From positions 1-58,193 of the forward strand of contig CAMQZX010000001.1 in assembly GCA_947039785.1 (NCBI GenBank): a DNA stretch of 58,193 nt, read 5' to 3'. Origin of the DNA: an uncultured Lachnospiraceae bacterium. Its GTDB lineage: Bacteria; Bacillota; Clostridia; Lachnospirales; Lachnospiraceae. Within the stretch, counting starts at the first letter, position 1. Each line of letters opens with the position of its first letter. The notes below the pieces were generated by a model, which saw only the letters and a list, made by a program, of their open reading frames with translations, did not search any database and was not told the origin of the DNA. Shown here piece after piece: positions 34,538 to 43,395 of this stretch. The position numbers and the translations under genes were made by a program.

Positions 34538-34644
34538 GGACTGGCTTTGCCAGTCCTCTGCAAGATACGGATTTTGCCGTACAAAATCCATCTTGTTAGG
34601 GGAGATCCCCTAATACCCCCATATCAGCCTCAAAAAGCTGATAT
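34538..34644. repeat. Four consecutive perfect hairpins in non-coding DNA
   Basis: Four stems. GGACTGGC-ttt-GCCAGTCC (34538-34556). CAAGAT..GGATTTTG-ccgta-CAAAATCC-ATCTTG (34561-34595). TTAGGGG-agat-CCCCTAA (34596-34613). ATATCAGC-ctcaaaaa-GCTGATAT (34621-34644). Confidence 0.8.
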
Positions 34645-34659
34645 CATTCACAATTTTTT

Positions 34660-34902
34660 GCTATCAATTCCGCGGATATTACGCGAAAATCTGATAGCAG
34701 AAAAGGGAAACTGACAGCAGTTTCCCCTCAAATCACATACTGCCTGCTATCAGCTTCATATATCTGATAGCAGGCAGTATGGAGTATGATATCATCAAAG
34801 GCTTTGTGATATCACATTCCAAGGTTATCTGCTATCAGTCAATTAAACCTGATAGCAGAATTCCACTTTTGTTTTTGATACTAGGTTGCCGCATTTGATA
34901 GC
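34660..34902. repeat. Iteron/operator-like array: seven copies of GCTATCA(G) in alternating orientation, plus further palindromes
   Basis: GCTATCA at 34660, 34747 and 34831. TGATAGC at 34692, 34765, 34850 and 34896. Two copies form 15-bp (34739-34753/34764-34778) and 11-bp (34828-34838/34849-34859) perfect inverted repeats with 10-nt loops. Also present: GGGAAACTG-acag-CAGTTTCCC (34705-34726), ATGATATCAT (34786-34795) and TGTGATATCACA (34805-34816). Confidence 0.8.
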
Positions 34903-34988
34903 ATCCCTTGACCTGCTGTTTAAAATAGTTCTGTTTTTCCCAATCCATTCTGCATTGATGTTCTTTATATTAAGATTTTATATCTCTG

Positions 34989-36503
34989 TCATTGACGGTT
35001 CCCATAAAATCGTTCCAGTGCTTTCTCGAAGGCACCTATCCCGGAAAAAAAGCTTCCTATCTTTACATCTTCAAACAGGTAAGGCATAGCGCTATATAAA
35101 GCTTCAAAAATACTGGTTAAGACATTCACTACAATCGAATTTCCTGCCTGCTTATATGCCTGGCTGTTACTGATGCCCGCTTCCAGGACCTTCTGGTAAT
35201 CTTCATCATCAAAACCCATCAGCCTGAAGCACTCTAATGGTGTAAGCCGCCTGATACGAAGGATTGATTCCAGCCTGCACAGGGAATTTCCCTGCGCAGT
35301 GATTGTCGGGCAGATGGTCCCATGTCCCTGTACCCGGCCCCGTTTTCCGGCAGCATTCGGATAGGCGATATTTACAACTCCCTCTGCCATACATTCCTCG
35401 TAGCCTTTTACGGTGTCCTGCCGCACCAGAATGATGTTATCCTTCTGTACGGAGGTAATCGCATAGCTGCACCAAGGCTTATCCTTTAGTTCCAGGTGCT
35501 GTTCGACTCTTCCCTCTTCATTATATCTTCCACGGATTGCCCCCACTTGCAAAATCTTTGTCTGGTCGTGGCTCGCAAGCTGGGTATTGGCAGTTCCCAT
35601 CCCTGATAGTATAACACTCTGTTGGGAATTTCCAATACTTCCGACCACGGCTATTTTATTTCTTCCGGCACCGCTTGCCAGCAAAGTAGGGCTGGAACCG
35701 ATTGCAGAGTATACCCTGCCAGTCTGGGGATCGCCAAGATACCCCTGAACCTGTCCAACTTTATACAGTTTATTTTCCCACTGTTTCAGTTCCTCTTCCC
35801 CAGGCATATACAGAAGCGCTTTCCGCTCCTTCATGTCTGTAATCAGTTTCTGCACTTTATCATCTGACAGATAATATTTCTCATCTACCTCATCTTCAAG
35901 GATATCCATCAGCCGCCTCCCGTTTTCCATTGGCTCTGGGAATACGAATTTTCCATTATCACATTCCTTTTTAATCAGGACGAGGTATACCCGTTCCCGG
36001 TTTTGCGGAATCCCATAATTTTTCGCGTTCAATATCTTCCAATAGGTGTTGTATCCATATTCCTGCAATTCCTGCTCAAATAGACGGAATGTGCTGTTTA
36101 GAAACCTTGCCTGAACAATATTTTTTACATTCTCATAAATTCCAAACATCGGCTTTACTTCCCGGATAACCCGAAGCCACTCTACAAGGAGAGAGGACCT
36201 TGTTTTATCCAGATTCTTTGAGCCGCATTTTTCACAAAAATCCCGTTTGCTCCAATGTACCTGCAGCGGGTTTACCTCATGCCCGCAATCTCTGCACCTC
36301 CAGACGGAACCGGCCAGCTTCCCACTTAGGGAGAAATCCTGACACGGGCTTCCACCGCAGATAAAGTTGAAATAAGGTAGCTTTTTCTCATCAACTTTCG
36401 TAATATCCCCAAGGTTGGCACTCTCGTCAACCCCATGTATGGCGCAATAACTTTTTACTGCATATTTGTCAAACTCACAAAAATTTATTAATTTATAATC
36501 CAA
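34989..36503 (-). CDS. dcm: DNA (cytosine-5)-methyltransferase with an inserted CxxC...CxxC zinc-ribbon
   Basis: ORF track (TTG start). Motif I region FCEFDKYA, motif IV GGSPCQDFS, motif VI ENVKNI, motif VIII QNRERVY. The insertion WRCRDCGHEV...FCEKCG lies between motifs IV and VI. Confidence 0.85.
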   Translation of the reverse strand: MDYKLINFCEFDKYAVKSYCAIHGVDESANLGDITKVDEKKLPYFNFICGGSPCQDFSLSGKLAGSVWRCRDCGHEVNPLQVHWSKRDFCEKCGSKNLDKTRSSLLVEWLRVIREVKPMFGIYENVKNIVQARFLNSTFRLFEQELQEYGYNTYWKILNAKNYGIPQNRERVYLVLIKKECDNGKFVFPEPMENGRRLMDILEDEVDEKYYLSDDKVQKLITDMKERKALLYMPGEEELKQWENKLYKVGQVQGYLGDPQTGRVYSAIGSSPTLLASGAGRNKIAVVGSIGNSQQSVILSGMGTANTQLASHDQTKILQVGAIRGRYNEEGRVEQHLELKDKPWCSYAITSVQKDNIILVRQDTVKGYEECMAEGVVNIAYPNAAGKRGRVQGHGTICPTITAQGNSLCRLESILRIRRLTPLECFRLMGFDDEDYQKVLEAGISNSQAYKQAGNSIVVNVLTSIFEALYSAMPYLFEDVKIGSFFSGIGAFEKALERFYGNRQ

Positions 36504-36686
36504 TTCCCTTCTTAGAGGGTGTAGCTACACATTTTACCCGGGATTACCTCTTACCTCCTTTCAAATGTTTGAATGTAATCAGTTTCCGAATAAGTTACGA
36601 GCTACTGGTACAAATTAAATTTCTATGACTGCTGAATTTTTATTGGATTGGGCTTAACCACCCCCTTTCAAAGATTTGCCTTCATC

Positions 36687-37592
36687 TTATCTTGCCTTAT
36701 GTCTCGTTTTTTTCTCTATCTGTGCCGCCGGTTGGATTGCAAGGCTTTCGGCATCAAACTGGAACACCATATTAGAGACCTGGACAGGGAACACTTCTGC
36801 TCTTTTATCCATCTCATTGCTCTTTTTTACTATTTCCTGCAAAGTTTCCAAACTGTGTCCTGATATTGGACAGACAAGGATTTTATCATTTGATAACGGC
36901 ATAACATACAGGTCATCATCCAAACGCCTTGAGATTTCACTCAAACCCTCGGGATAGAACATGATTGCAATCCCATTCTCGCTGTACACCCCGTAATAGT
37001 CTTTTGTGTCTGGAAGCGCCCCGCTTAATGCCCCTAATGTATGAGCCAGAACAGCTCTGCTCGTATCCAAAACCGTCTGAAAGCGTTCATTCATATCGAA
37101 ATATTTGACTTTATCAAATAATTCCTGTACCGTAAGTCCCCACTGCTTTAAATGTTCATTTTGGACAGGTCTTTTATAATCCAGAGGCCACTGTTCATCC
37201 TCGTCATAGACTTCATCAAAGAACTGAAAATATACAGCCATATCCCCAACAGGCAGATATGGTATATCATTCCCTTCCAGCTTTTCGGCTGCCTTTTCAA
37301 AATTAGCCGCCCAAATCGTAACATTTTCTAACTGCTCAATCGTTTCAATAGCACGCTTTTTTTCAAAATAATCGCAGATACTGCTTACCTGGGCCGTTAA
37401 TTCGCCTTCTTTCCACTGTCTATATAAGCTATGGATTGACAATGACTGGCTACACACAGGCGGCTGCATAAGTTCAAGGGCTATTTCCTCATTGTCCGTA
37501 CCTTCTGCTATTACTATCAATCTCTGATGCTCTTCATCAATGTGACGCCCAAGTTCTGTAATCAGTCCCTGTTTATATTCTTCATATGTCAT
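36687..37592 (-). CDS. Paralogue P8 of the eight-gene ~300-aa family (subfamily C, closest to P4)
   Basis: ORF track. Family motifs: GNDIPYLPVGDMAVYFQF, NEHLKQWGLTVQELF, YGVYSENGIAIMFYPE, LYVMPLS. Basic tail KKTRHKAR. Confidence 0.65.
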   Translation of the reverse strand: MTYEEYKQGLITELGRHIDEEHQRLIVIAEGTDNEEIALELMQPPVCSQSLSIHSLYRQWKEGELTAQVSSICDYFEKKRAIETIEQLENVTIWAANFEKAAEKLEGNDIPYLPVGDMAVYFQFFDEVYDEDEQWPLDYKRPVQNEHLKQWGLTVQELFDKVKYFDMNERFQTVLDTSRAVLAHTLGALSGALPDTKDYYGVYSENGIAIMFYPEGLSEISRRLDDDLYVMPLSNDKILVCPISGHSLETLQEIVKKSNEMDKRAEVFPVQVSNMVFQFDAESLAIQPAAQIEKKTRHKAR

Positions 37593-38530
37593 TCATTTAC
37601 ACCCTTCAACCATTCGCGTATGGTCAGCAATTTGTTCTTGTTCTCCGATGGTGAATAGTGGAAACCATGACTTGATATGGCATACCCAGCCAAGCTGTGT
37701 CGAACCTGACGGTTCCCATTCTTGTGGACATCTTCAATGGAAAATGCTGGTGCCAGTGCTCCCATAGTATCAGGCAGGATATAAGCCTCCCTCTCTGAAT
37801 ATGGCAAAATATAAAAGCTATCCGGCATCAGGCGGCTAAGTTCCTGTAAGGTATCCCAGTATAATACACTTGCCGCTCCTCCAGGTCCCGTGACCACATA
37901 ACCAAGGCTATCCTCTGCCTCTCCATTGTTCAGACAGCACGAAATACCTTCCAGCACGTTTTCAATCTTCTCACACAACGGATAGATTTTGCTCTCCATG
38001 GATACCAGCGAATGTTCCAGTACAAAATTATGAAAATCACTTTTTCTCATTTTCCAGGATGCCAGATGTTTATTGGTTACTTCTGCCTGATAATAACGCC
38101 CGTCTCCCAGCGGTGCGTGAAACATATAGTAGAGCACCATGTCCCCCATAACCTGGTAAGGCATATCATTCTTTTTCAGGGCTTCCAGGTCACTTCTATG
38201 GTTTGCGGCATATACTGCCACATATTCCGGCTGTTCCAACTGGCCTACTGCAATACGCAGATCTTCCGCTTCCGCATCAGAGAACACTTCCATCGCCCGG
38301 TCTGCCAATTCCTCTTCCCAGGTGTCAAACATCTCCGCTCTCAAAAAAGCCTCCCTTACCGGAATGACGGGGCAGTACCGCCCCTCCTGCTCAAATAAAA
38401 TTGTGATTCCCTCGGTCGGGAGACCCCTAGCCACCGTTCTAACTTCCCCGCGAATTGCGGAATCCTCAAAAGCGGAACGAATACATTGCTGGTAAGCATC
38501 TGAAAACTGTTTATATAATTTGAGGTTCAT
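37589..38530 (-). CDS. Paralogue P7 (subfamily A, closest to P1)
   Basis: The ORF track lists 37589..38596; ATG 38530 is preferred (AAGGAG 10 nt upstream). Motifs: RYCPVIPV, NDMPYQVMGDMVLYYMF, VTNKHLASW, VTGPGGAASVLYW, FYILPYS. Confidence 0.65.
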   Translation of the reverse strand: MNLKLYKQFSDAYQQCIRSAFEDSAIRGEVRTVARGLPTEGITILFEQEGRYCPVIPVREAFLRAEMFDTWEEELADRAMEVFSDAEAEDLRIAVGQLEQPEYVAVYAANHRSDLEALKKNDMPYQVMGDMVLYYMFHAPLGDGRYYQAEVTNKHLASWKMRKSDFHNFVLEHSLVSMESKIYPLCEKIENVLEGISCCLNNGEAEDSLGYVVTGPGGAASVLYWDTLQELSRLMPDSFYILPYSEREAYILPDTMGALAPAFSIEDVHKNGNRQVRHSLAGYAISSHGFHYSPSENKNKLLTIREWLKGVNE

Positions 38531-38592
38531 ATTCTTATCTCCTTTATGATTAAATGAAAAAAGCAGGTTCTTTTCTGAATCGCTCTGAAAAG

Positions 38593-39525
38593 TCACCTGC
38601 TATGGTTTTTATTCACTTTTGGCTTCTGCCGCATCCTTTGACTTGTTTTACGGATCTCATCTGTTTTCCGGCTATAAACATAAATATAATCGGATAAATC
38701 TTTTTCCCTCTGCTGAAAACCATTTTGTTTAGAGTCGTAGAGGGTTTCCTGAATCCATTTTCTTCCGTCCCTGTTTTTATTTGATAATGCCACGCATTGA
38801 TTGATACTTGTAGGAAATAGTATCATATCGCCACCCAGTTTATCTGACAGCTCGTGTACTTTTTCTTTGTATAAAAAAGCAGAAGCACCCCAGTAAAAGC
38901 TCTCTGTTGTCATAATGTAGATATCCTTCTTTTCCGGTTCTGTCCCAAACGGTTCCACGGAAACAGCCCTTTGATTTTCCGGATTATCAAGCGACCACTG
39001 ATAAAGGGTATCAAAATCCATTCCAAACTCATTCAGCATTTCACTTGTCACTCTTAAATTAAGGTGCATATCTTCAAGCAAACAATCTGTTGAATGATAA
39101 ATAATCCTCAATACAATGGCAAGGTCCCCGTCTCCATATAGCTTATGTGGGAAATTGTCCAATACCTCTTGATTTCTTTTCGCGTTCATCAATGTCGGAA
39201 CTACTAGATTTGGCGATAACACCCCCATCTCTTTAAATGCGGCTTTGGTGATCCGGTCATCCCGCAATAAAAACTCTAGCGAATTCCTGACTACCAGCCA
39301 CAGGGGTTCTCCCAACTGTGTATGACGGTTATATGCTACAAAAGGAAATATTTCTGAGCCTTTCTCTGGGCTGCCCTGTAAACTGATCACACAGCCATCC
39401 GAAATATGGTCAGGCAGCACCACCTTCCACCCTAATCCCATCTTTTGTAAATTATTGTTTAATTCATATACAAAGGTTTCATAAAATTCCCTTTTCTCTA
39501 TGATTGAATATCTATCGTTTCTCAA
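38593..39525 (-). CDS. Paralogue P6 (subfamily D, closest to P5)
   Basis: ORF track (TTG start). Motifs: VVPTLMNAKRNQEVL, DLAIVLRIIY, VTSEMLNEFGMDFDTLY, WGASAFLYKE, ILFPTS. Tail KVNKNHSR. Confidence 0.6.
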   Translation of the reverse strand: MRNDRYSIIEKREFYETFVYELNNNLQKMGLGWKVVLPDHISDGCVISLQGSPEKGSEIFPFVAYNRHTQLGEPLWLVVRNSLEFLLRDDRITKAAFKEMGVLSPNLVVPTLMNAKRNQEVLDNFPHKLYGDGDLAIVLRIIYHSTDCLLEDMHLNLRVTSEMLNEFGMDFDTLYQWSLDNPENQRAVSVEPFGTEPEKKDIYIMTTESFYWGASAFLYKEKVHELSDKLGGDMILFPTSINQCVALSNKNRDGRKWIQETLYDSKQNGFQQREKDLSDYIYVYSRKTDEIRKTSQRMRQKPKVNKNHSR

Positions 39526-39534
39526 ACCCTCCCC

Positions 39535-40440
39535 CTATCTGCCTCGTTTTTTCGTTTCTTTTAACTGGCTGGGAGTAATCATACGAAACTGTGCGGTTTC
39601 ACAATTATAGTGGTATAGATTCCCAGACAGGGGCTTTATACTTCCAGTGATTACCTCTTTACTACTGTGTAGTGCATTAGATATATAATCTATGCCCTTT
39701 TGGTCTAAAAGCGGCATTGCCAAAAAATGGTCAACGCTCATAGGAACCAATAAGATATCATCCCCCATAGTTTCTGCAAGTTCATACATTCTGGTTTTGT
39801 AAAGAATACCTGCAGCGCCTAAATGTTGACCAGTATTCGTTACCACATAGAAGGGAGGTAAATCCTCTACTGTTTCATCGGGTGATATAATATCTATCAT
39901 CTTGTGCAACTCTATCATCTGTACAGACTCAACATTCCTCGGATTATCCAGGGCCATTTGATAAAGTTCATCATACCTCAGCCCCCATCCCTGTAAGATA
40001 TCGTCTGTTACCACAAGGTTGAGATTGATACCGCCCAGGGACTGATATGCAATTTGAAGTATAACTGCTAAATCTTCAAACCTTGAATATGGAACGGTTT
40101 TCAATAGTTCCTCATTTTCCTCTGTGTTCATAAAAGTGGGAATTACCATATCTGCATGAAAAAGCCCCATATCCATCAGTGCACATTTTGTGCTCTCATC
40201 ATCAAAGAAATCCTGTGTTGCTTTCCGTGCAGCGACTCCCCAGGGCATCCCCTGCAAAAACTCCTGGTAATAATCGTGAACTTTAATCGGAGGAAAATCA
40301 TGCCCTCCACCATGGATTACCACCAAAACTTCTTCTCTGCCGCCTGTGTTCTCATACTTAGCCCGCCATGGAACACCCAGCATTTTTAAATTATAGTTGA
40401 CTTCATGGGTAAAAAACTGGATGAATTCTTCATATTCCAT
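39535..40440 (-). CDS. Paralogue P5 (subfamily D)
   Basis: ORF track (SD AAGGAGG). Motifs: VIPTFMNTEENEELL, DLAVILQIAY, VTDDILQGWGLRYDELY, LGAAGILYKT, ILLVPMS. Tail KETKKRGR. Confidence 0.65.
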   Translation of the reverse strand: MEYEEFIQFFTHEVNYNLKMLGVPWRAKYENTGGREEVLVVIHGGGHDFPPIKVHDYYQEFLQGMPWGVAARKATQDFFDDESTKCALMDMGLFHADMVIPTFMNTEENEELLKTVPYSRFEDLAVILQIAYQSLGGINLNLVVTDDILQGWGLRYDELYQMALDNPRNVESVQMIELHKMIDIISPDETVEDLPPFYVVTNTGQHLGAAGILYKTRMYELAETMGDDILLVPMSVDHFLAMPLLDQKGIDYISNALHSSKEVITGSIKPLSGNLYHYNCETAQFRMITPSQLKETKKRGR

Positions 40441-40463
40441 CTTTGTCTGTCCTCCTTGAGATT

Positions 40464-41429
40464 TTATCTGCTTTGCTTTTTACCGACCAGTGTTTTCTCA
40501 TGATTCATAGTTGTCTCCAATTTCTGATCAATGACAGCCTGTAATTGTTCTATACCACCCTTGAGCCTGTAAAACTTCCCCTCTGTATACGAATAAACCT
40601 GCCTGGACAAAAATAACCGCGCGTCCGTATCCTCCGTATACTCCCGGATTTTTCTTTGTACCCACATATCCTGTATACGGCTTTCCGGTAATATGGCCGC
40701 TTTTCGTTCTGAATACGGTACGATTATGACCCGCTCATGAAAAGCCTCTTCAAATTGACGCAGCACTTCGGGGTAAAGTATCGCCCCGGCACCGTTCAAT
40801 CCATACAGCTCATATGGCGCATTGTAGATATCTTCTGCTCTTGCAATCACAGGTATATGGCCAAAATCATATGGTTGAAGGCTTTCCACCCAGTCATAAG
40901 CACAGGCACCGATTTTCTGTGCCTCGCATTGCCTAACAATATTGAATAATTCTTCGGCTGAAAACTTCCATTTTAGGAGATGGTCTTTTGTTACAATACT
41001 TTCCATTGTACCGCCGAAAGGCAGCTCATAATCAAACCTGAAATATACTGCCATGTCACCTACTGCCAAATATGGTATACCCTTACCCCGCAGGATTTCT
41101 TTGCTTTTCTCAAAGTTTGTTACACAGGCTAAAACACTTTCTATGCATTCCACCTGTTCTCTTTGTACTGTACCAAACTCCCGGAAACAATCCAATGTAT
41201 CCTTCACAATAGAAAACATTGGTCTAGCATTTTTGCAATAATCCGAATAAATTTCCTGAAGGTCTATGCAATGACAGATTTTATCGCCTAAATCCAGGGT
41301 TGCCTTTTCCAGCGATAACCCTTCCCCTATCACGACCGGTCTGATGGAATAACCATGCTGGTCTAAAAGTTCTGCTATTTTTTGTAGATAAGCAACCTTA
41401 AATTGGTCATAGTTTATTAAGTTCATCAA
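40464..41429 (-). CDS. Paralogue P4 (subfamily C)
   Basis: ORF track. Motifs: GKGIPYLAVGDMAVYFRF, VTKDHLLKWKFSAEELF, YGLNGAGAILYPE, VIIVPYS. Tail VGKKQSR. The start is either TTG 41429 or ATG 41426. Confidence 0.65.
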   Translation of the reverse strand: MMNLINYDQFKVAYLQKIAELLDQHGYSIRPVVIGEGLSLEKATLDLGDKICHCIDLQEIYSDYCKNARPMFSIVKDTLDCFREFGTVQREQVECIESVLACVTNFEKSKEILRGKGIPYLAVGDMAVYFRFDYELPFGGTMESIVTKDHLLKWKFSAEELFNIVRQCEAQKIGACAYDWVESLQPYDFGHIPVIARAEDIYNAPYELYGLNGAGAILYPEVLRQFEEAFHERVIIVPYSERKAAILPESRIQDMWVQRKIREYTEDTDARLFLSRQVYSYTEGKFYRLKGGIEQLQAVIDQKLETTMNHEKTLVGKKQSR

Positions 41430-41446
41430 TCCACTAACCCACCTAC

Positions 41447-42391
41447 CTATCTCAATTTTTGTTTCTCAATTTTCGGAGGAACTGCATGAATCAGGTTTCT
41501 GCTTTCCAGATCGTATTTAAAAACCCGCTCAGATAGTTTATGGCGTATTTCCCCTGTTTCTTCTTTCATTATATTCTCACTGGTCAGGCTCTCATATAAG
41601 TCTGACAGATTCCCAACACTTTGCGCATGGACATAAGCACCAAAGGCATCATTGGGAACAATCAGCATCTCGTCCCCTAATTTATCATACACCAGTTCCA
41701 TAACTTTCGGATAGAAGATTGCACCAAAGCCATTCACACCATAGACATTGTAGACTTGCTTCAGTTCCAATGGCACACCATCCGCCGGCCTAAAAAGGAT
41801 TGTTTTATCATTTTCATATCTGTTTGTAAGTGAATCGTACATATTTACGATACCCACTCCTATTTCATTTGCATCCTTGTATCTGACTTTCTCAAAAAGT
41901 TCCTCCACACCGATTCCCCATTTTTCCAAATGCTCTTTTGTAACATCTCCGCAGTACGATCTCTCCCCTCTTTCAATACAGAATTGGAAAGTGACCGCCA
42001 TATCCTGATATGGCATATATGCAATGTTTCCCTCCACCAGTTTATCCTCATATTCTGCCAAATTCATAGGATATATAAGTACATGCTCTATCTGCTCAAA
42101 TTGTTCGCGCGGTATCCACTCATCCCCATCAAATATACCCAGAATCTGCGTGACCGCCTCGTCTAACTCGTTGTTCTCAGCAACATAGCAGTTAAGATAC
42201 ACCAATTCCATCGGAATACTGGGGCAAACTAACTCCCCTCCACCTTTCAGCATAATGGCTTCAAATGGCGTGCCTTCAGCTATCAGCTTCAGTTCCTCCC
42301 CTCTGTCTCTTTCTTGTAGCTGGTCTTGAAATTCATCAATAAAATCCTCTCGTAATTCGTCATATGCTTCGTTCTCACTATAATAATACAT
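41447..42391 (-). CDS. Paralogue P3 (subfamily B, closest to P2)
   Basis: ORF track. Motifs: LIAEGTPFEA, VCPSIPMELVY, GNIAYMPYQDMAVTFQF, VTKEHLEKWGIGVEELFEKVRYKD, YGVNGFGAIFYPKVM, MLIVPND. Tail IEKQKLR. Confidence 0.65.
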   Translation of the reverse strand: MYYYSENEAYDELREDFIDEFQDQLQERDRGEELKLIAEGTPFEAIMLKGGGELVCPSIPMELVYLNCYVAENNELDEAVTQILGIFDGDEWIPREQFEQIEHVLIYPMNLAEYEDKLVEGNIAYMPYQDMAVTFQFCIERGERSYCGDVTKEHLEKWGIGVEELFEKVRYKDANEIGVGIVNMYDSLTNRYENDKTILFRPADGVPLELKQVYNVYGVNGFGAIFYPKVMELVYDKLGDEMLIVPNDAFGAYVHAQSVGNLSDLYESLTSENIMKEETGEIRHKLSERVFKYDLESRNLIHAVPPKIEKQKLR

Positions 42392-42441
42392 CTATCTCCT
42401 TCCCTTCTGGCCGTCTGCGCTTCTCCCGATTAAAGCGGTTT

Positions 42442-43335
42442 TCATTTCACTCTATGCTTTTCAATGGTATGTTCCATTGCCGGGACCAGGTTTTTCCTGC
42501 CGGTATCGTACTTAAATATCTTCCCAGAAAGTACAAGGTGCCTATCGCCAGTCACCAGTTTCACACGATTGTCCTCCTGTAATTCTTCTTGCAGTTTTGC
42601 AGCACTCATAATATCCGGTGTCTGAATATAAGCCGTATAGGTTTCTTCAGGTACAATCAGCACTTCACTGCCCATTTTTTTTACTACCTGCTCCATCACT
42701 TTTGGATAAAGGGCAGCACCAAAGCCATTGACGCCATACAAAGCAGCCTGCTGTGAATCCTCTGATTTTTTTCCCACCTGCTCTATGGTTTTAATTTCGC
42801 CCCAAATTTGCTCCAGGTCTTTATACCTTACTTTTTCAAAGAGTTCCTTTGCATTTATCCCCTGCCTATTCAGCCATTCCCTTGTAACATCCCTGCGATA
42901 CGACCTCTCATTGTCCTCAATGCAGAATTGATAAGTGATCGCCATATCTTCGAAGAGAAAATATGCAATATCATTTTCTTCCAGCTTATCCCTGCAATGT
43001 GATAGATTTACCGGAAACACTATTACATGTTCCAGTTGTTCCAGCCGCTCCGGGGATATCCATTCTGCCTCATCCTGAATCTCCAAGATAGTAGATACGG
43101 CCTCATCAATCTCTCGAATGGCAAAAATATAGCAATTTCTGTACACCAGTTCCATAGAGATACTGGTACATAATAAAGGTCCATTCCCTTTGTATGTAAA
43201 GGATTCAAAAGGAGTACCTTCCGCCACTATTTCCAACTTCTCCCCATTTCCTCTGCGTTCTAGCTGTGCCTTATATTCTTTAATGAAATCCTCCCGGACT
43301 TCCTCATATGCATGGTTTTCATCATATTCGCGCAT
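42442..43335 (-). CDS. Paralogue P2 (subfamily B)
   Basis: ORF track. Motifs: IVAEGTPFES, NDIAYFLFEDMAITYQF, VTREWLNRQGINAKELFEKVRYKD, YGVNGFGAALYPKVM, VLIVPEE. Tail IEKHRVK. Confidence 0.65.
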   Translation of the reverse strand: MREYDENHAYEEVREDFIKEYKAQLERRGNGEKLEIVAEGTPFESFTYKGNGPLLCTSISMELVYRNCYIFAIREIDEAVSTILEIQDEAEWISPERLEQLEHVIVFPVNLSHCRDKLEENDIAYFLFEDMAITYQFCIEDNERSYRRDVTREWLNRQGINAKELFEKVRYKDLEQIWGEIKTIEQVGKKSEDSQQAALYGVNGFGAALYPKVMEQVVKKMGSEVLIVPEETYTAYIQTPDIMSAAKLQEELQEDNRVKLVTGDRHLVLSGKIFKYDTGRKNLVPAMEHTIEKHRVK

Positions 43336-43395
43336 TTTGGTTCTCCTCTTCGTCTATTTACCATTTCCTGCATCTGTAGACTCCCGTACCGACTC

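Noticed and set aside
34538-34902. Possibility that the repeat-dense non-coding region is a CRISPR array.
   Set aside because: The repeats are 7-15-bp inverted half-sites with irregular spacing, not direct repeats of 24-40 bp separated by uniform spacers. No cas genes are present.
36519-36530. The palindrome GTGTAGCTACAC considered as an mRNA hairpin that sequesters the dcm SD.
   Set aside because: With no loop, only a 4-bp stem could form in RNA. It is kept only as a possible DNA operator within the Dcm finding.
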